From Lama glama (taxonomy: Eukaryota), in assembly GCA_028534125.1 (NCBI GenBank), contig CM052816.1, positions 76,820,001 to 76,884,000 of the forward strand: a stretch of DNA of 64,000 nucleotides. The letters run 5' to 3'. Every line of letters starts with the position of its first letter. Positions within the stretch are counted from its first letter, which is position 1. Below are positions 23,058-35,079 of the stretch, one piece after another. Made by a program: the position numbers and the translations under genes. The notes under the pieces were generated by a model that saw nothing but the letters and a program-made list of their open reading frames with translations, had not been told where the DNA came from and made no database searches.

Positions 23058-25043
23058 AAAATGGTTTTTAAAAATAATCAAGTGAGGCAAGGTAGAAAAC
23101 AAGATATTTTCAGCAACTCAGATACAGAGTAGTAAATTAAAGGAGCAAAATGTTGAAAAATGCTATTTTCACCCAGTTTTCTCTTCCTGCCTAGGGTCCT
23201 TACCTTCATCCTGCAGATACACACACACTGTAGTTTGGTACAGAGAGAAACTCTTACTGAAGGCATCATTTATTTTAAAATCACCATTCACAGTGTTCGG
23301 CTCAGTGCCATCCTGCACAATTTCCCAAACGTATTAGAATACCCGGGGTGCCTGGGCCTGGTCCACGTGTTGTGGGAATACAAAGAGGAAAGAGTTTCTG
23401 GACTTTGGAGCCCTAAACAGACCTGAGTCTGAATCCCTGTCCTCACAGTTCCTAGCTGTGAGCCCTTGAATATGCTACTTAACATTTCTAATAATAATAG
23501 TTTCCATCTCTTGAGCTCGTGCTGTGGGCCAGGCAGGCACGTTATAAATTCCATTTCTAATGCACACGACAGTTCTGGTGGATACGTGCTATTATCCCCA
23601 TTGTACAGAATAGGCAACTGAGGCCCCACTAATCAACTAGGATTCCATCCAAGTTTCCATGCTCTTACCATGATGTCCTCCTGCAGTTTCAACCTCAGTT
23701 CTCTTTCCTGTGAAACGGAGTTAAATGATGCTGTTCTCCAAAAGAAGATGGGGCAAGGTAGATCACGTGCATTGTTCAGAATCAAGTTTACACACTAAGT
23801 AGTGGTTCTTACAGTGATGAAAGGATGTAACACAAGGGCACGTAGAAGTGCCTGGTGTGCTACGTGAGTTGAGAGGAGGGAGCAGATCTTCCCAAACGAA
23901 CAGGATCTGGTTATGTGGTATTTGAGTCGAGCCTTAAGAGATGAAATATGCTCGGGTGCGTGGCAGAGATAGCTGATGGTGGAGGGTAGGAAAACATTTT
24001 CTAGGTGAATGTTAAGGCACAAAAATGGAAACTATTGTGGTCATATGTGTACCTTCAATGATTTTGTTTTAAGACTCAGATTTTCAAATATTCCTTAAAG
24101 AACTAGAATAGTTCAACTCCTTGCTTTTGAGAGAAAAAGCAAACCCCACCATGAATTCTTCCAGATTAAATGGGATTATAGTCACAGAGAAAGGTGACTG
24201 CCACTCTCTTTACTAGGTAAAACCCTAATTCTAGACAAGGAGGGCAGACTCTGTAGCAGGAGACGAAGCTGGAGAAACCAGAGGCTGGAAATGAGAGTCC
24301 CCAGCCAGTCCCCGCTGCTTCCATGTCACCTATCCTGTGTGCCCCATCTGTGCCCCCTGAAAGTGAGCGTGCTCTGCCCACTGGCCTGGTTCCAGTTGAA
24401 TCATTAGCTCTAAACACATATCAATAAGTGGAAAAACTCATTTTATTGTTTACGTATAAAAATGAGTGGGGTTTTCTGCTACACTCCCCATTAGCCAACA
24501 CATGGACCTTAAATGTTGTTGGGAACAAGAAACAGGCTTGCCAGCCATAGAGGTGGCCAGCATGGCCATGCTGTATAAAGCAGGCAGCACAAATTTACAG
24601 AAGAGCTTGCTTTCACTTTTTAAGTGCAGTTTCTGTTTAAGAGACTCAGCTGTAAAATATGGAAGTCATTTGTTAGTCACTTTCCTATTTTTTCAAATTA
24701 AACACAACAGGTAAATACCAAGCTCAGAGTAAATTCAACAAGCTAGCTAGAGAAACAGGGAGAGGAAACGGGAAAAGGTAACTTATGACTTAAAACCAAA
24801 AAAAAAAAAAAAAAAGGCAAGTCGGTCTAAGACAACCAAAAAAAAGTTCTATATATATAGCCCTCCCCCTTCGAGAAAGTCACAACTTATTTTGCCATAG
24901 AGGAAGATAAATGTTACAATCTCTCGGTAACCAATCAGCGACGCCGCAGGCCTCAAACCAGGAAACCTTTTAAAGTGTAGTATTTTAAATTGTGCAAGGG
25001 AGACTTCTGGCTCTCAGCGAGTTCTTGTTCCCTGTGCCTGCAG

Positions 25044-26205
25044 GATGGGAAAGCAGATGTGAAGTCCCTGATGGCCAGGTTCAACACCGGGGGCAACCTC
25101 ACGGAGGAGGTCTCGGCCAACAGCCGACCCTTCAAGGTCACGGGCCAAAACTCCCCTACAGGAGTCCAAGCCAAAAAGAACCTCTTCGGCTACCAGGGAA
25201 ATGCCAGCTCTCCCGCAGGACCGAGCAACGTGCCGAAGTTTGGGTCCCCAAAGCCACCTCTGGGCGTGAAGCCGACCTTGGAGGACAAGCCCGACAAGGA
25301 GCTCAGACCCCCGTTTCTGAAGCCCCCGGGGGTGGGCCCAAGGTCTGGGCCGCAGGCGGGCTCGGCCGCTAAAGACCCCGAGGCGAAAGCCGGCTTTCCG
25401 AAACCCGTAGGCCTCAAGCCCGCCAACTTGCCCAAAGAAGATTCCAAACCGGCCTTTCCCCGGCCTCCTGGGAATAAGCCCTCGCTTCACAGTGTAAACC
25501 AAGATCCTGACTTCAAGCCACCAGGCCCCAAGCCGGGGTCTCATCCTCCAGCCCAGGAAAATGAACCGGAGCCGGTGTTCCCAAAGCTGGCTGGGATCAA
25601 AGGCAGGTTTACGTCGGCCTCACAAGACCTGGACCCCAAGCCCCTCTTCCCCAAACCCGTCTTTGGCCAGAAGCCAGCCGCGGGCACCGATGACTCCCAG
25701 GAAGACGAGGGCCCCAGCAAGACTGCGGCTGCGCAGAAAGGCCCCCCGGCCGCTCTGGGGGCCAAGTCCAAACCCGGCCCTTTGAAACCAGCCAGGGAGG
25801 ACCCGGAGAGTAAAGAGCATGGAGGCGAGACGTCCAGTCCTCCTTTTCCTGGAGTCGTTCTGAAACCTGCTGCCTGCAGAGGGGCTCCAGGCCTCCCCAG
25901 AAATGCTGAGGAGAAAAGAGAAGAGAGGAGGATGGATGCTGCGAAGAACGTCTTCCTGAGCAAAATGAACCAGGAGGAGTCGGCCTCTGGCGCACCTCCT
26001 GCCAAGTTTCCTAAAACACCTTCTAAGCTGACAACCACAGGGCCTTGGGGCCAAGGTCAAGAAAAGGAGAGGGGGGACAAGACTCCAGCCACCCCCAGGC
26101 AGAAGCCCCTGCCTCCCGTGTTTACCCTGGGCCCCCCTCCACCAAAACCCAGCAGACCACCACACGTTGACCTGACGAAATTCCAAAAAGCCGCTTCGGG
26201 AAACA
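25044..26205 (+). CDS. FYB1: FYN-binding protein 1 (ADAP/SLAP-130), large N-terminal proline-rich coding exon; main ATG at 25071; partial CDS
   Basis: Translation DGKADVKSL-MARFNTGGNLTEEVSANSRPFKVTG...KPLPPVFTLGPPPPKPSRPPHVDLTKFQKAASGNS matches recalled human FYB1 (MAKYNTGGNPTEDVSVNSRPFRVTG...KPLPPLFTLGPPPPKPNRPPNVDLTKFHKTSSGNS). Acceptor ttcttgttccctgtgcctgcag|G at 25043/25044. Donor AACA|gtgagt at 26205/26206, phase 1, 1135 nt from the ATG. Confidence 0.97.
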
Positions 26206-26602
26206 GTGAGTTCTTATTCTCATTTGCTATTTCTCGTGTTCTGTTCTGCAGCACAGGGTGTTTAGCTTCTGGGGGGAAACCCGATAACAAGGAATGCTTC
26301 CTTGCTGGTTCTGCTGTGCAGGTGGTAACTTTTCTTTGGCATTTTTCCCCCTCTGGTGTGAGAGGGCTGAGCCGGTTGAAATCCATAGTTCTCTGTCAGC
26401 ATTCTGTGAGGAAATGCCTGGAGGGGCTGGTTTTAGGGGGTGGGGGGAATACATCCATTTGGTAGATAGGTGGTTTGCTTAATGATAACCATTTCATTTG
26501 CTTCCTTTGTTTGGTTTCATTTCTGTTGAATGAGACTGAGGTGTGTTCCCTCAACTGCCACAGAGGAGTCAGTCAGGCAGAAAGTGAGCAGACCCCTTAA
26601 GT

Positions 26603-26772
26603 CAGTGGTTGATGCCCAGGGGACACTTGATTGTCACAGCCAGAGGGTGCTACTTGCATCCAGCTGGTAAAGGCCAGGGATGCTACCTAACATCCTATAG
26701 TGCACAGGACGGCCTCTCACAACAAAGAATATCCAGTCCTAAATGTCAATAGCACAGAGGTTGAGAAACCTT
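26603..26772 (+). mobile_element. MER20 (hAT-Charlie), internally deleted
   Basis: ggccagggatgct..aacatccta.agtgcacaggac..acaacaaagaat..aaatgtcaatag..gaggttgagaaacc. Confidence 0.85.
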
Positions 26773-28179
26773 CCAAGGGATTTTAAACGTCCACGAATTT
26801 ATCATAGGTCTCCTAAGCTCAATATTCATCTCAGAAATGAACAGGACTCTTGTGAAATGACACTTTTTTATGTTGTAGCTTTTTTCTATTTCTCAGTATA
26901 AAGTTTCCTAAACGTTTCTGATTCATAAAGTTGTACATAGCTAGAATAATAAGCCAGACAAATGGATATGTTATTTTCCTTCTGGATAACTAGTTTTATT
27001 TTCCATCAGAGATGTTACCACATGCTATGGCACATGCTAAAATTTGACCCTGAATGACTTGGTAAAGATTTGTAACCCTGCATAGTGATGGAGAAGCTCA
27101 CTTCTGCCTGAAATGATTACTATTTTAAGCAAATAATCTACAACTGCTGTTTACTGTGAGAAAGGAAAAAGGATGCAAGTGACCACACCACTATTAGGCT
27201 TTTTTTTTTTAACTTGCAAAAATGTGGTCTAATTAAAGCAGTTCTAGACAGAAAGGTTGTTTGTCTTTTTTTGGCTCTGTAGAAGCATCTTGCAATATGT
27301 CATCTTCCTGCGATCAGTATTCTCGGTGTCAAGCAACAGATTAATCATCAAATCCCCCATTAATCCATAATGTAGGGTGCAGGTTTGGAATGACCCCATG
27401 ATCATCTGTCTTCTAGAAAGATTCAGCCTTGTTAACACTTGTGTCCTCATCTGTCACCTTCTGTTTAATACTGGTCCATAACTCAGAAAGGTTATTTTTG
27501 TGAAACCATCTAAAAGACCCCTTCTTATTTCCCTTTCTGAGTTCTTCGGTGCCTCAGATAAAAAATTGACTACCATCACCTCCATTTTATGGCTCTGACT
27601 TCATGCCAAGGAAACTGTTCTGATGTTAAGCGGAAATCCTTAAGAGTTTTCGTCCATGTCCTCCATCTTTATTTCCACCCCACTTTCAGGTTTGAGTGGT
27701 GATAACCAGGTGTCTGCGCCGTGCTATTGAAATGCTAATGAAGTGCTCTTTTAGCTCTGTGGTCCTGGCAAGGTCAGCATTGAGCTGATTTTCAGTGCAA
27801 CAGAGCTCCAAGGGACCCAGGCAGAATTGCTTATTAGTAAACTTGAGTTGATCCTTGCCCTCTTTCCCCTTCTCCTTGCAACCCTTTCCCATCCTGGCAC
27901 GTCTCCCCTCTGCTTAGTCTGACACCGTTTAGATTCTAAATCCTCTCATCAATGTACCCCACCTCCACCCTCTGATCCCTCGGGATATATATTATGCTTC
28001 AAAATGCACCCTGTGCCCTCTTCATCCATTTCTTCCACAAATCGAAACTCAATCTTCTTAATCTGAGCTGACCCCAGGCTGGTGTCAGCATAAAACAATC
28101 TGATTTATAACTTTAAGTTCTGAGTAACACCCCTTTAAAGCAGTCACACTTTTAAAAAGCATTTACATTTTTAAACTTA

Positions 28180-28620
28180 TTTTTTAAATAGAAATTACAT
28201 TTGGCTCAAAACCAGCAAGTATAAAATGGTATACAGTGAAAAGTACCTTGAGTCCTTCCCCACCGTTTGCTGGGTCTTCTCAGCCTCTGCCCCACAGAAA
28301 CCACTCTTTTTGATTTCTATATCCATCTAGTTTCTTTATGTTTACACCAGCAAATATACATATAGGGACTAATCCCCCTGCATTTTACTCAAGAAGTAAA
28401 ATATTATATACAATGCTTTGATCCTTGCTTTTTAAAAGTAAAAAACTCCTGTATATCTTTCCACATGTTAATAAGAGATTACTGAATATTCTTTAGAGCT
28501 GCGTAATATTCAGATAATGGATGACTCACCTAATTGATTTAACAATTTGTATTGTTTCCAAACTTTTGCTCTTCAAAACAATGCTAGAGAAAATAACCTT
28601 GTAGATGTGCCACAAAATAA
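28180..28620 (-). mobile_element. Old L1 (L1ME-like) fragment
   Basis: Degenerate L1ME 3' motifs (aaatggtatacagtgaaaagt..; tgtttcca..aaacaatgct). Confidence 0.5.
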
Positions 28621-30920
28621 GCATTTACTTTTTGAACACAGAGAATTTCTTAATATTCAGGTCTGCCTACTTCTAAATCCCATCATTGCTGTTTTTCCTA
28701 ACCCCTATGAAATAATTTAGCTTTCCATTTAGCAAAGTTAAAAAATAGCAGAATTTGAAGGTATATAGTATTCAAATTAACTAAAGCTTTGTCTAATAAC
28801 TGTAGGTTTTCAAAGCTCTAGAACTTTTTTCTTAGCCTTCTACCTGATTCCTTCTTTTCCAGATTCACATCCAATTCCGAGATCTACTTTCCATCTTTTA
28901 TCATCCTTGTCCAATATATTAGCCACTAAAAATATTTATATTTTTGTTGTATCTGTTACTTAGTATATACATGTTACCCCTGTTTATTCCTCCCAAGAAC
29001 CCAATGAAAGGGGAATTCTTGGAGGAAACCAAAGCTCTGAGAGGTTGGGTAACTTGCCCGAGGCCATAATGTGACTGAGCTGATCCTCCTTCTCTCTGAT
29101 TTCAGAGCCTCTGCCCCCCCGCCCCACCCTGGCTACCCTCTCTGCTATGCTCATAGGATATTATGAGATAATAAATCAAGCATAAGTGAAAACCAAGGAA
29201 TCTTCATTCCTCTCCCTCTCTCTGTCCTTTGGTTGATACATGTCATTTTTTGTTTTACTATAGATACCACTGAGACAGAGACCAGTCTGTTTAACGTTAT
29301 TTACTTGGAGCATAGAAATAATATATTCTTATTTGTTGCTCAGGTTGGTCCTCCCACCAAAGTCTATTTAATCAGAATTTAGTGTTAATATTTTATATAG
29401 CTTAGCAATTACTGTTAATAAATTAGATAACTTCTACCAATAGACTTGTACTCAATTGAATGAAGTTTTGATGCAAAATGAAGATTATAAACAGGTCTAT
29501 ATTGTAGATCAATTTAGTTATTTACCTGTAGCCATAAGCTTTAATGTAACATATTGCTTTTCATGGAGCTGATAACTTTTCTTTTCTCCAGAACCATTTA
29601 AAGTTACAAAAGCCTAAACTTTAAAAAAAAAAATCCAAATACCAAAATGTTTCTGTGAACTAACCTTTTCTCTTGTTCCTTTTGGTTCCTGGGTCAGCGG
29701 TGAAAGGCCTTCCTCCCAAGCTTCAGTGTGTGCGCCTCACCTGCAAAGGCTGAGTTGTTAAGAACCCCAGCTTGACCGTAGGTTTGCACATAGGAGTTAG
29801 TAAAACCTGCTGGGAAACATTCAATCCAACCTTTTTTTTCTGATCTTGTTCTTAAAACTGGAGAGAAACAAAGACTCATCTTTCCATATGTTGGCTTTAA
29901 GAATGATCAGCTCAGTCAGCATCAGCAGCTGAAGGGGTAAGGCCAGGAGGCATTGGCAACAGGCCGACGGTGTGCCTGACCTCCTCGCTCTCTGCTATGT
30001 GTCACTTTCATGAATACAGCCTACAACAGTTTGGAACCAAAAGGTGCTTGGGCTGTTCTCACCAGCAAGTCACCAGTTCCTAGGAGGGACAAGATTTTCC
30101 TTCATAGACCCTGAAACGATCGCCTCTCTCTTGCCCTTCGCTCTCCTTATACATGTACTCTCTTAAAATTACCTTATTAGATAGTTATATATTTTTAAGT
30201 GTTTGATCTCAGTGTGTGTTGCTCCTAGCCACTACAGGAAGAAGGGATTCTATGCTCAAATACATTTAAGAAAATGGGGGCTGAGTGAAATTCTTCACAG
30301 TGGAATTTCTACAAGCATTGAGACCCTGCTGTGTGCTTGGAATCTAAGAACAAGGTACCAAAAAAGCAGATCCCAGGACAGTTTTTCTGAAATATCTCAC
30401 AGGCAAGGCTCTTTCAGAACACTGAAAAGCTGGAGGCAAAGTTCTGTGGTACCCAGACAATGGAAGTGGTTCAGCTTCAGGTGGCAACAGGGTTCTCCAC
30501 TTGTCCTTCCCTCTCATTCTCCAGCTGCCTGGTGTGTGCTTTGTGTCTGGTGTGTGCTTGTGGCTGGTATGTATTTTGTGGCTGGCATACACTCTTATAT
30601 TTAGCTCCAGCCTGAGCTCATTTTGTTTCACTCACCCTCCTCCATCCCTGGGAAAGCCATTTTCCATCAAACCTGTAGACCTTGCTTCTATTTCAGTTGG
30701 AAACTTCCAAGGAACCACTGACTGTTAATTGGGCAGCTTACCTGGGTTTAACTCCCAAACAGAAATGCCTCTGAAGAGTGTCCCTCTCTTAACCACACAC
30801 ATCCCTGATCACATCTTATATGAGCTTTCCATTCTTCATCTTTCCTCTCCAAGGTCCAAACCTCTCTTCTACTCTTCTCAGATAAACCAGCTCTTCAGTT
30901 TAATCCCTGTCCTCTCTCTC

Positions 30921-31140
30921 TTTTTTTTGTATGTATATATATATTTTACTGAAGTATAGTCAATTTACAACGTTGTGTCAATTTCTGGTGTACAGCATAA
31001 AGTTTCAGTCATACATGACCACACATATATTCATTTTCATATTCTTTTTCACCATACGTTATTACAAGATATTGAATATAGTTCCCCGTGCTGTACAGTG
31101 TGAGGTTATTGTTTATCTATTTTATATATATTAGTTGGTG
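30921..31140 (-). mobile_element. Lineage L1 3' end
   Basis: ctgaagtatagtcaatttacaacgttgtgtcaatttctggtgtacagc..caagatattgaatatagttccc. Confidence 0.85.
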
Positions 31141-34099
31141 TCTTCCCTGATGTGTTTTATCCCAACAGCATGCTTTGGGCTTTTTTATCCAATGTTTGTA
31201 TCATTTTTATGAGCCATCTTCATAGTCTTTATTTTTATATTCTGGCATTTAATTTTAGTTTGGAAAAGTCTGATACTACACTGAATTTCCCTGTTTGAAA
31301 ATCATTTGCTTTTCAGTCTTGATTCCCAAAGAAATCTTTATCGTTAAGGTTTAAAAACTTAGCCAAGCTGTATCTGTGTCAATCATTCTATCGCCAATAT
31401 TTTCTAAGATGATATGCCTCTTAGCTCTCAGAGATTTTCTGTTTCATGAACTTAGACAGCCCACCATTTCTTCTGATCTGGCGGGGAGATGACAAACAAA
31501 TCTACTTGCTTTAACCCAGTGTGATAAGTTTGTCCTCCCTCCAGAGCTGCAACTTGAGTTCTGAGTATTGCCTTTAATCTGCTCGTCTATGGAGTGAAGG
31601 TTAGCTGGACTGGTCCTGAAGGCCGTCCTTGCCAGGGCCCTGAATGCTGCTCCATCTTCTGAGATCTCACTCAGAGCCCTGTACCAGGACAAGGCCAGCC
31701 ATGGCAGCTCACCCCACGTCTGCCCCGGGGATGATCCTGTGCTGGTAACTGGGGCTTTCATGCTATAGGTTTCTCCTTGGCCTCCCCCAGGCTGTTCACT
31801 CACACCTGAGTCCACTTCTCCAACCTGGCATGTGTTAGGGAGAATCCACAGGTTTTCCTAGGATCACTGTCTTCCCCTAGTGTTGTTTCTGAGCCTGGAG
31901 AACAAACCGTAGGCTTCACTGGCCTCCTGTGGCACCAGAATCTTCTGTTTTTTTCCCTCAGCCAGTAATTTTTGACATTTATCCAATGAAGTTATTTTCC
32001 TTTTCTCATGTGATGGCTGCGAGTGGGTCTGGGATAATGTTTATCTTGCCTTATTTTGTTTTTACTATTTTATTTGGCAGCTGGAGGAGCACCATCCTGT
32101 AAGCGCCTCCCTCATTATTTAATAGCAACTAAATATTTCAATTATAACTGAAGACTCAGCACTATTTCCAAAGGGACCTTCAGTTCACCCTTTCACAAGG
32201 CAGGTAGCAAGATAGCAGAAAGGAGACTCACATGACTTGGGTGCCCACTGAGATCCTTGTTTCGCATCCTCTGGACTGTGCTTACCCATTGTGGACACTT
32301 GGATGACCACTCCCTCTCCCCTCTGCAGGTCTCCTATCCTGAGGAGTCTTCAGGACAGATCAAGAAAGAGGAGGTGGGGGGGGGAGATCCAGCTACTTGA
32401 GTGGGACTTTGATAGCATCTGACCTCCGCTAACCGGCAAATCCCTGAGAGCTGTCATATTTCAAGCCTTTGACAGCCAATTAGTTTATATTTAGACTAGG
32501 AGGGAAGTAAAATACCAGATAGAAAAATGAGCCAGGAAAAGGAGAGGACCACCAGCCAACCTGTAGAAGGCAGATTCCCCCTCTTCAGGGCCTAGGTCAT
32601 TTTGCCACCGAGAAGTCCCCTTGTCCTGTCCAAGTTCTTTAGTGCTCAGTATGTCCTTCAAAATTCTTTCTGAACAGCTCAGGCACCTGCTGGTCTTTTA
32701 ATATTAATTTTGACGCAATAGTTCATACTTACTTAATTTACAGGAAACAGTTTCTTTACATTGATATTCGCTGTGTCTGTAAGTGGAACCGTTGCTTTTC
32801 TTAGTTGCGGGAAGAGAAATTTCTGTAAACCCCAGTTGGAGCAATGTGCCATAATTTACCCTGATGTAATAACTCTTCCTGTGATCAAGAGGCAGAAGTT
32901 GGTGTATTTTTAAGCTGCTGACAAAGGACAATATGGAAACATTGCCCAATCAACTGCCATTGTATCAACATGCTTAACATTTGTGCTATATCAAAGAAGC
33001 TATGGCCACTTGTAACATAAATGAAGATTTTGTTTTACGATGGCTGACTTACCCTTAAATAAGGTATGAAATGCATATAAGATGATTTAATATACACAAA
33101 ATTTGATCAAAATTCTTTGATTCTTAAAAATAGGCATGGAGCCCATAGAGGTAAAAGCATTAAAACGAAATGACATTTTACTTGAGAAAGGAAGGAGATT
33201 ATAAAGAGAGTTAAGTCTGAGAGTCAAATACAAATATATACAAGTCGAATAATCAAATACCTAAAAGCTCTTCCTGGTTTACTCTCAATGTGCCTACATA
33301 CATACAAATGGTTTTTTTAAATCACTAGATAGGAAGGTTGGGGAAAATGTACATGTTATAACTCAGTCTGGTTACTGGGCAGGGGATGCCCTGCTACAAG
33401 TAATCTGCTAAAATAATTTCGAGGCCAAGCCAAATGAAACCTATTTTTTAAAAACAGGATTAGATTTCCAGAATATGTATTTACCACTGAAGATCCTTCT
33501 TTGCCCTGATGACAACTATTTCTGAATATGATAGGTTCATATGCAAAAAGTACCTCTTTGTACATGTTTTTTATTCTCAAAACAAAATTAAGTTACATTT
33601 TATTAACAAATTTCAGTTATTAAAAGAACAAAATTATCCCTCAGGAAAAGAAATCTAGCTACCTTCATTTTTTACAAAAATATCTGGAAATTTCCTATCC
33701 GTTTAGAGACATCACAGTCATGATAGCTGTGGCATGGTGCTGAAGCCCAGAGAACCGTCTAGAGCACTAGATTATTTGTTTTTTCCAGCATATGAGAAAC
33801 AAGGAAGAGGAAAAAGTCCCTAAGCTGGAGAATTTAACTAGTATTAACCACTAGTAAATATGTAGGCAAGAAACATTTCTCTTCCATCTAAATTGCTGCT
33901 GAAGAAAAAAGATTATACTTCATGCTGTCTGCCATAGCAAAAGTAGAAAAAAACCTCTAGAACAGATGATAACTATAGACACTGTCAGGAAAGACTAACC
34001 GAAGATGAGACACCTGGTTGTAGAAAAAAAAAAAAATCCGAACAAAAACCCATGTGAGGTTTTTCTTTCCCCAGAATAAGAACTCAGCTGTAGAATCAG

Positions 34100-34460
34100 C
34101 TGTTGGTACTTGCTACCGCCGTCTGCATCGCTGCAGCTGTGCGCCTGCGCAGCACAACGGCTCCATCAGCCGGCAGTTTGCTCTCGGCTACCAGCGGGTG
34201 TTCCCCCGGGGTAGGTAGGTCTGTTGAGGTCAAGAGGGGCACAGGGAAGTTCCTGCCCCATAACACCTCTCTCTTGTCTTTTCTTGATTTTCTTATAATT
34301 CTCAGAGCAATAAGATAGCTTATCTAATTTTCAAAAGCAGCCTGTGTGGTGATAGGATTAGTGCGGCCAGGCAAATAAAAATCTGCCCCCCCCAAAATGG
34401 CAAGGCAGATAAATATCACAGATAACCAAAGTGTGTTTGAGTATCCGTTCCTCTTATCTG
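34100..34460. promoter_or_regulatory. Candidate intronic enhancer/promoter
   Basis: CpG-rich patch, NRF1 GCGCCTGCGCA, kB-like GGGAAGTTCC, RUNX TGTGGT, six WGATAR motifs. Confidence 0.45.
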
Positions 34461-34670
34461 GAATAAAAGTTGTTTAATTTTTGTTAGGTGGAGAAAGAAA
34501 CCTAGATTAACACCCCAAAGAGTCCCTCTTAGTGTTTGTTTTTCAATCCTGCAGGATTTGCAAGTTTCTCTTCCAAATTGTCACCTTGAAGAAGTTGAGG
34601 TACATCATGTATTCACAGTTACTGAGGATCTGGGCTGCAGCTTCTCTGGAACCCGTTTCTCCCTGCTCAC

Positions 34671-34680
34671 TGCGCATACG

Positions 34681-34730
<50 letters not shown>
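34671..34730. repeat. 60-bp alternating purine-pyrimidine tract (CG-rich head + (CA)n)
   Basis: tgcgcatacgcacgcgcgca(ca)n; perfectly alternating. Confidence 0.95.
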
Positions 34731-34733
<3 letters not shown>

Positions 34734-35079
34734 CCTTGACTTGCTCCTCAGCCGTTCTGCAAGTCTATAAAATACATTTCAGTTACTCACGTTACTCTCA
34801 ATTACAGAGAATTTTCTAGACCTGATATGAACACTTCAACAAGCAGGAAACCACACTCTTTAAGAGGCTGTCTTTGATTTCTCTGAAGGCTTGAGTTCTT
34901 AGTCTTCATGAGGGGAGATTAATTGTGCTCCAGCTGAGTGGTGTGCAACCAGATGAGGTTTCTAGATCTCTGTCTTCTGCTAGATCTCTGCACAGTCAGG
35001 AATGCCTGCTTTCTCCACTAGCTCTGAGTGATTATCTAATGGACCTTTTGTGTAGGTGAACTGTTAGAAAATGAAGTAG

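Noticed and set aside
24558..24573. 16-bp perfect palindrome CAGCATGGCCATGCTG
   Set aside because: About one 8-bp-arm palindrome is expected by chance in 64 kb.
25014..26386. Several 100-190 aa antisense or alternative-frame ORFs
   Set aside because: Expected shadow ORFs of a GC-rich exon, with no recognisable protein similarity.
24990..26465. 491-aa ORF as a complete single-exon gene
   Set aside because: It starts at a TTG inside the intron and runs past the donor. Only 25044-26205 matches FYB1.
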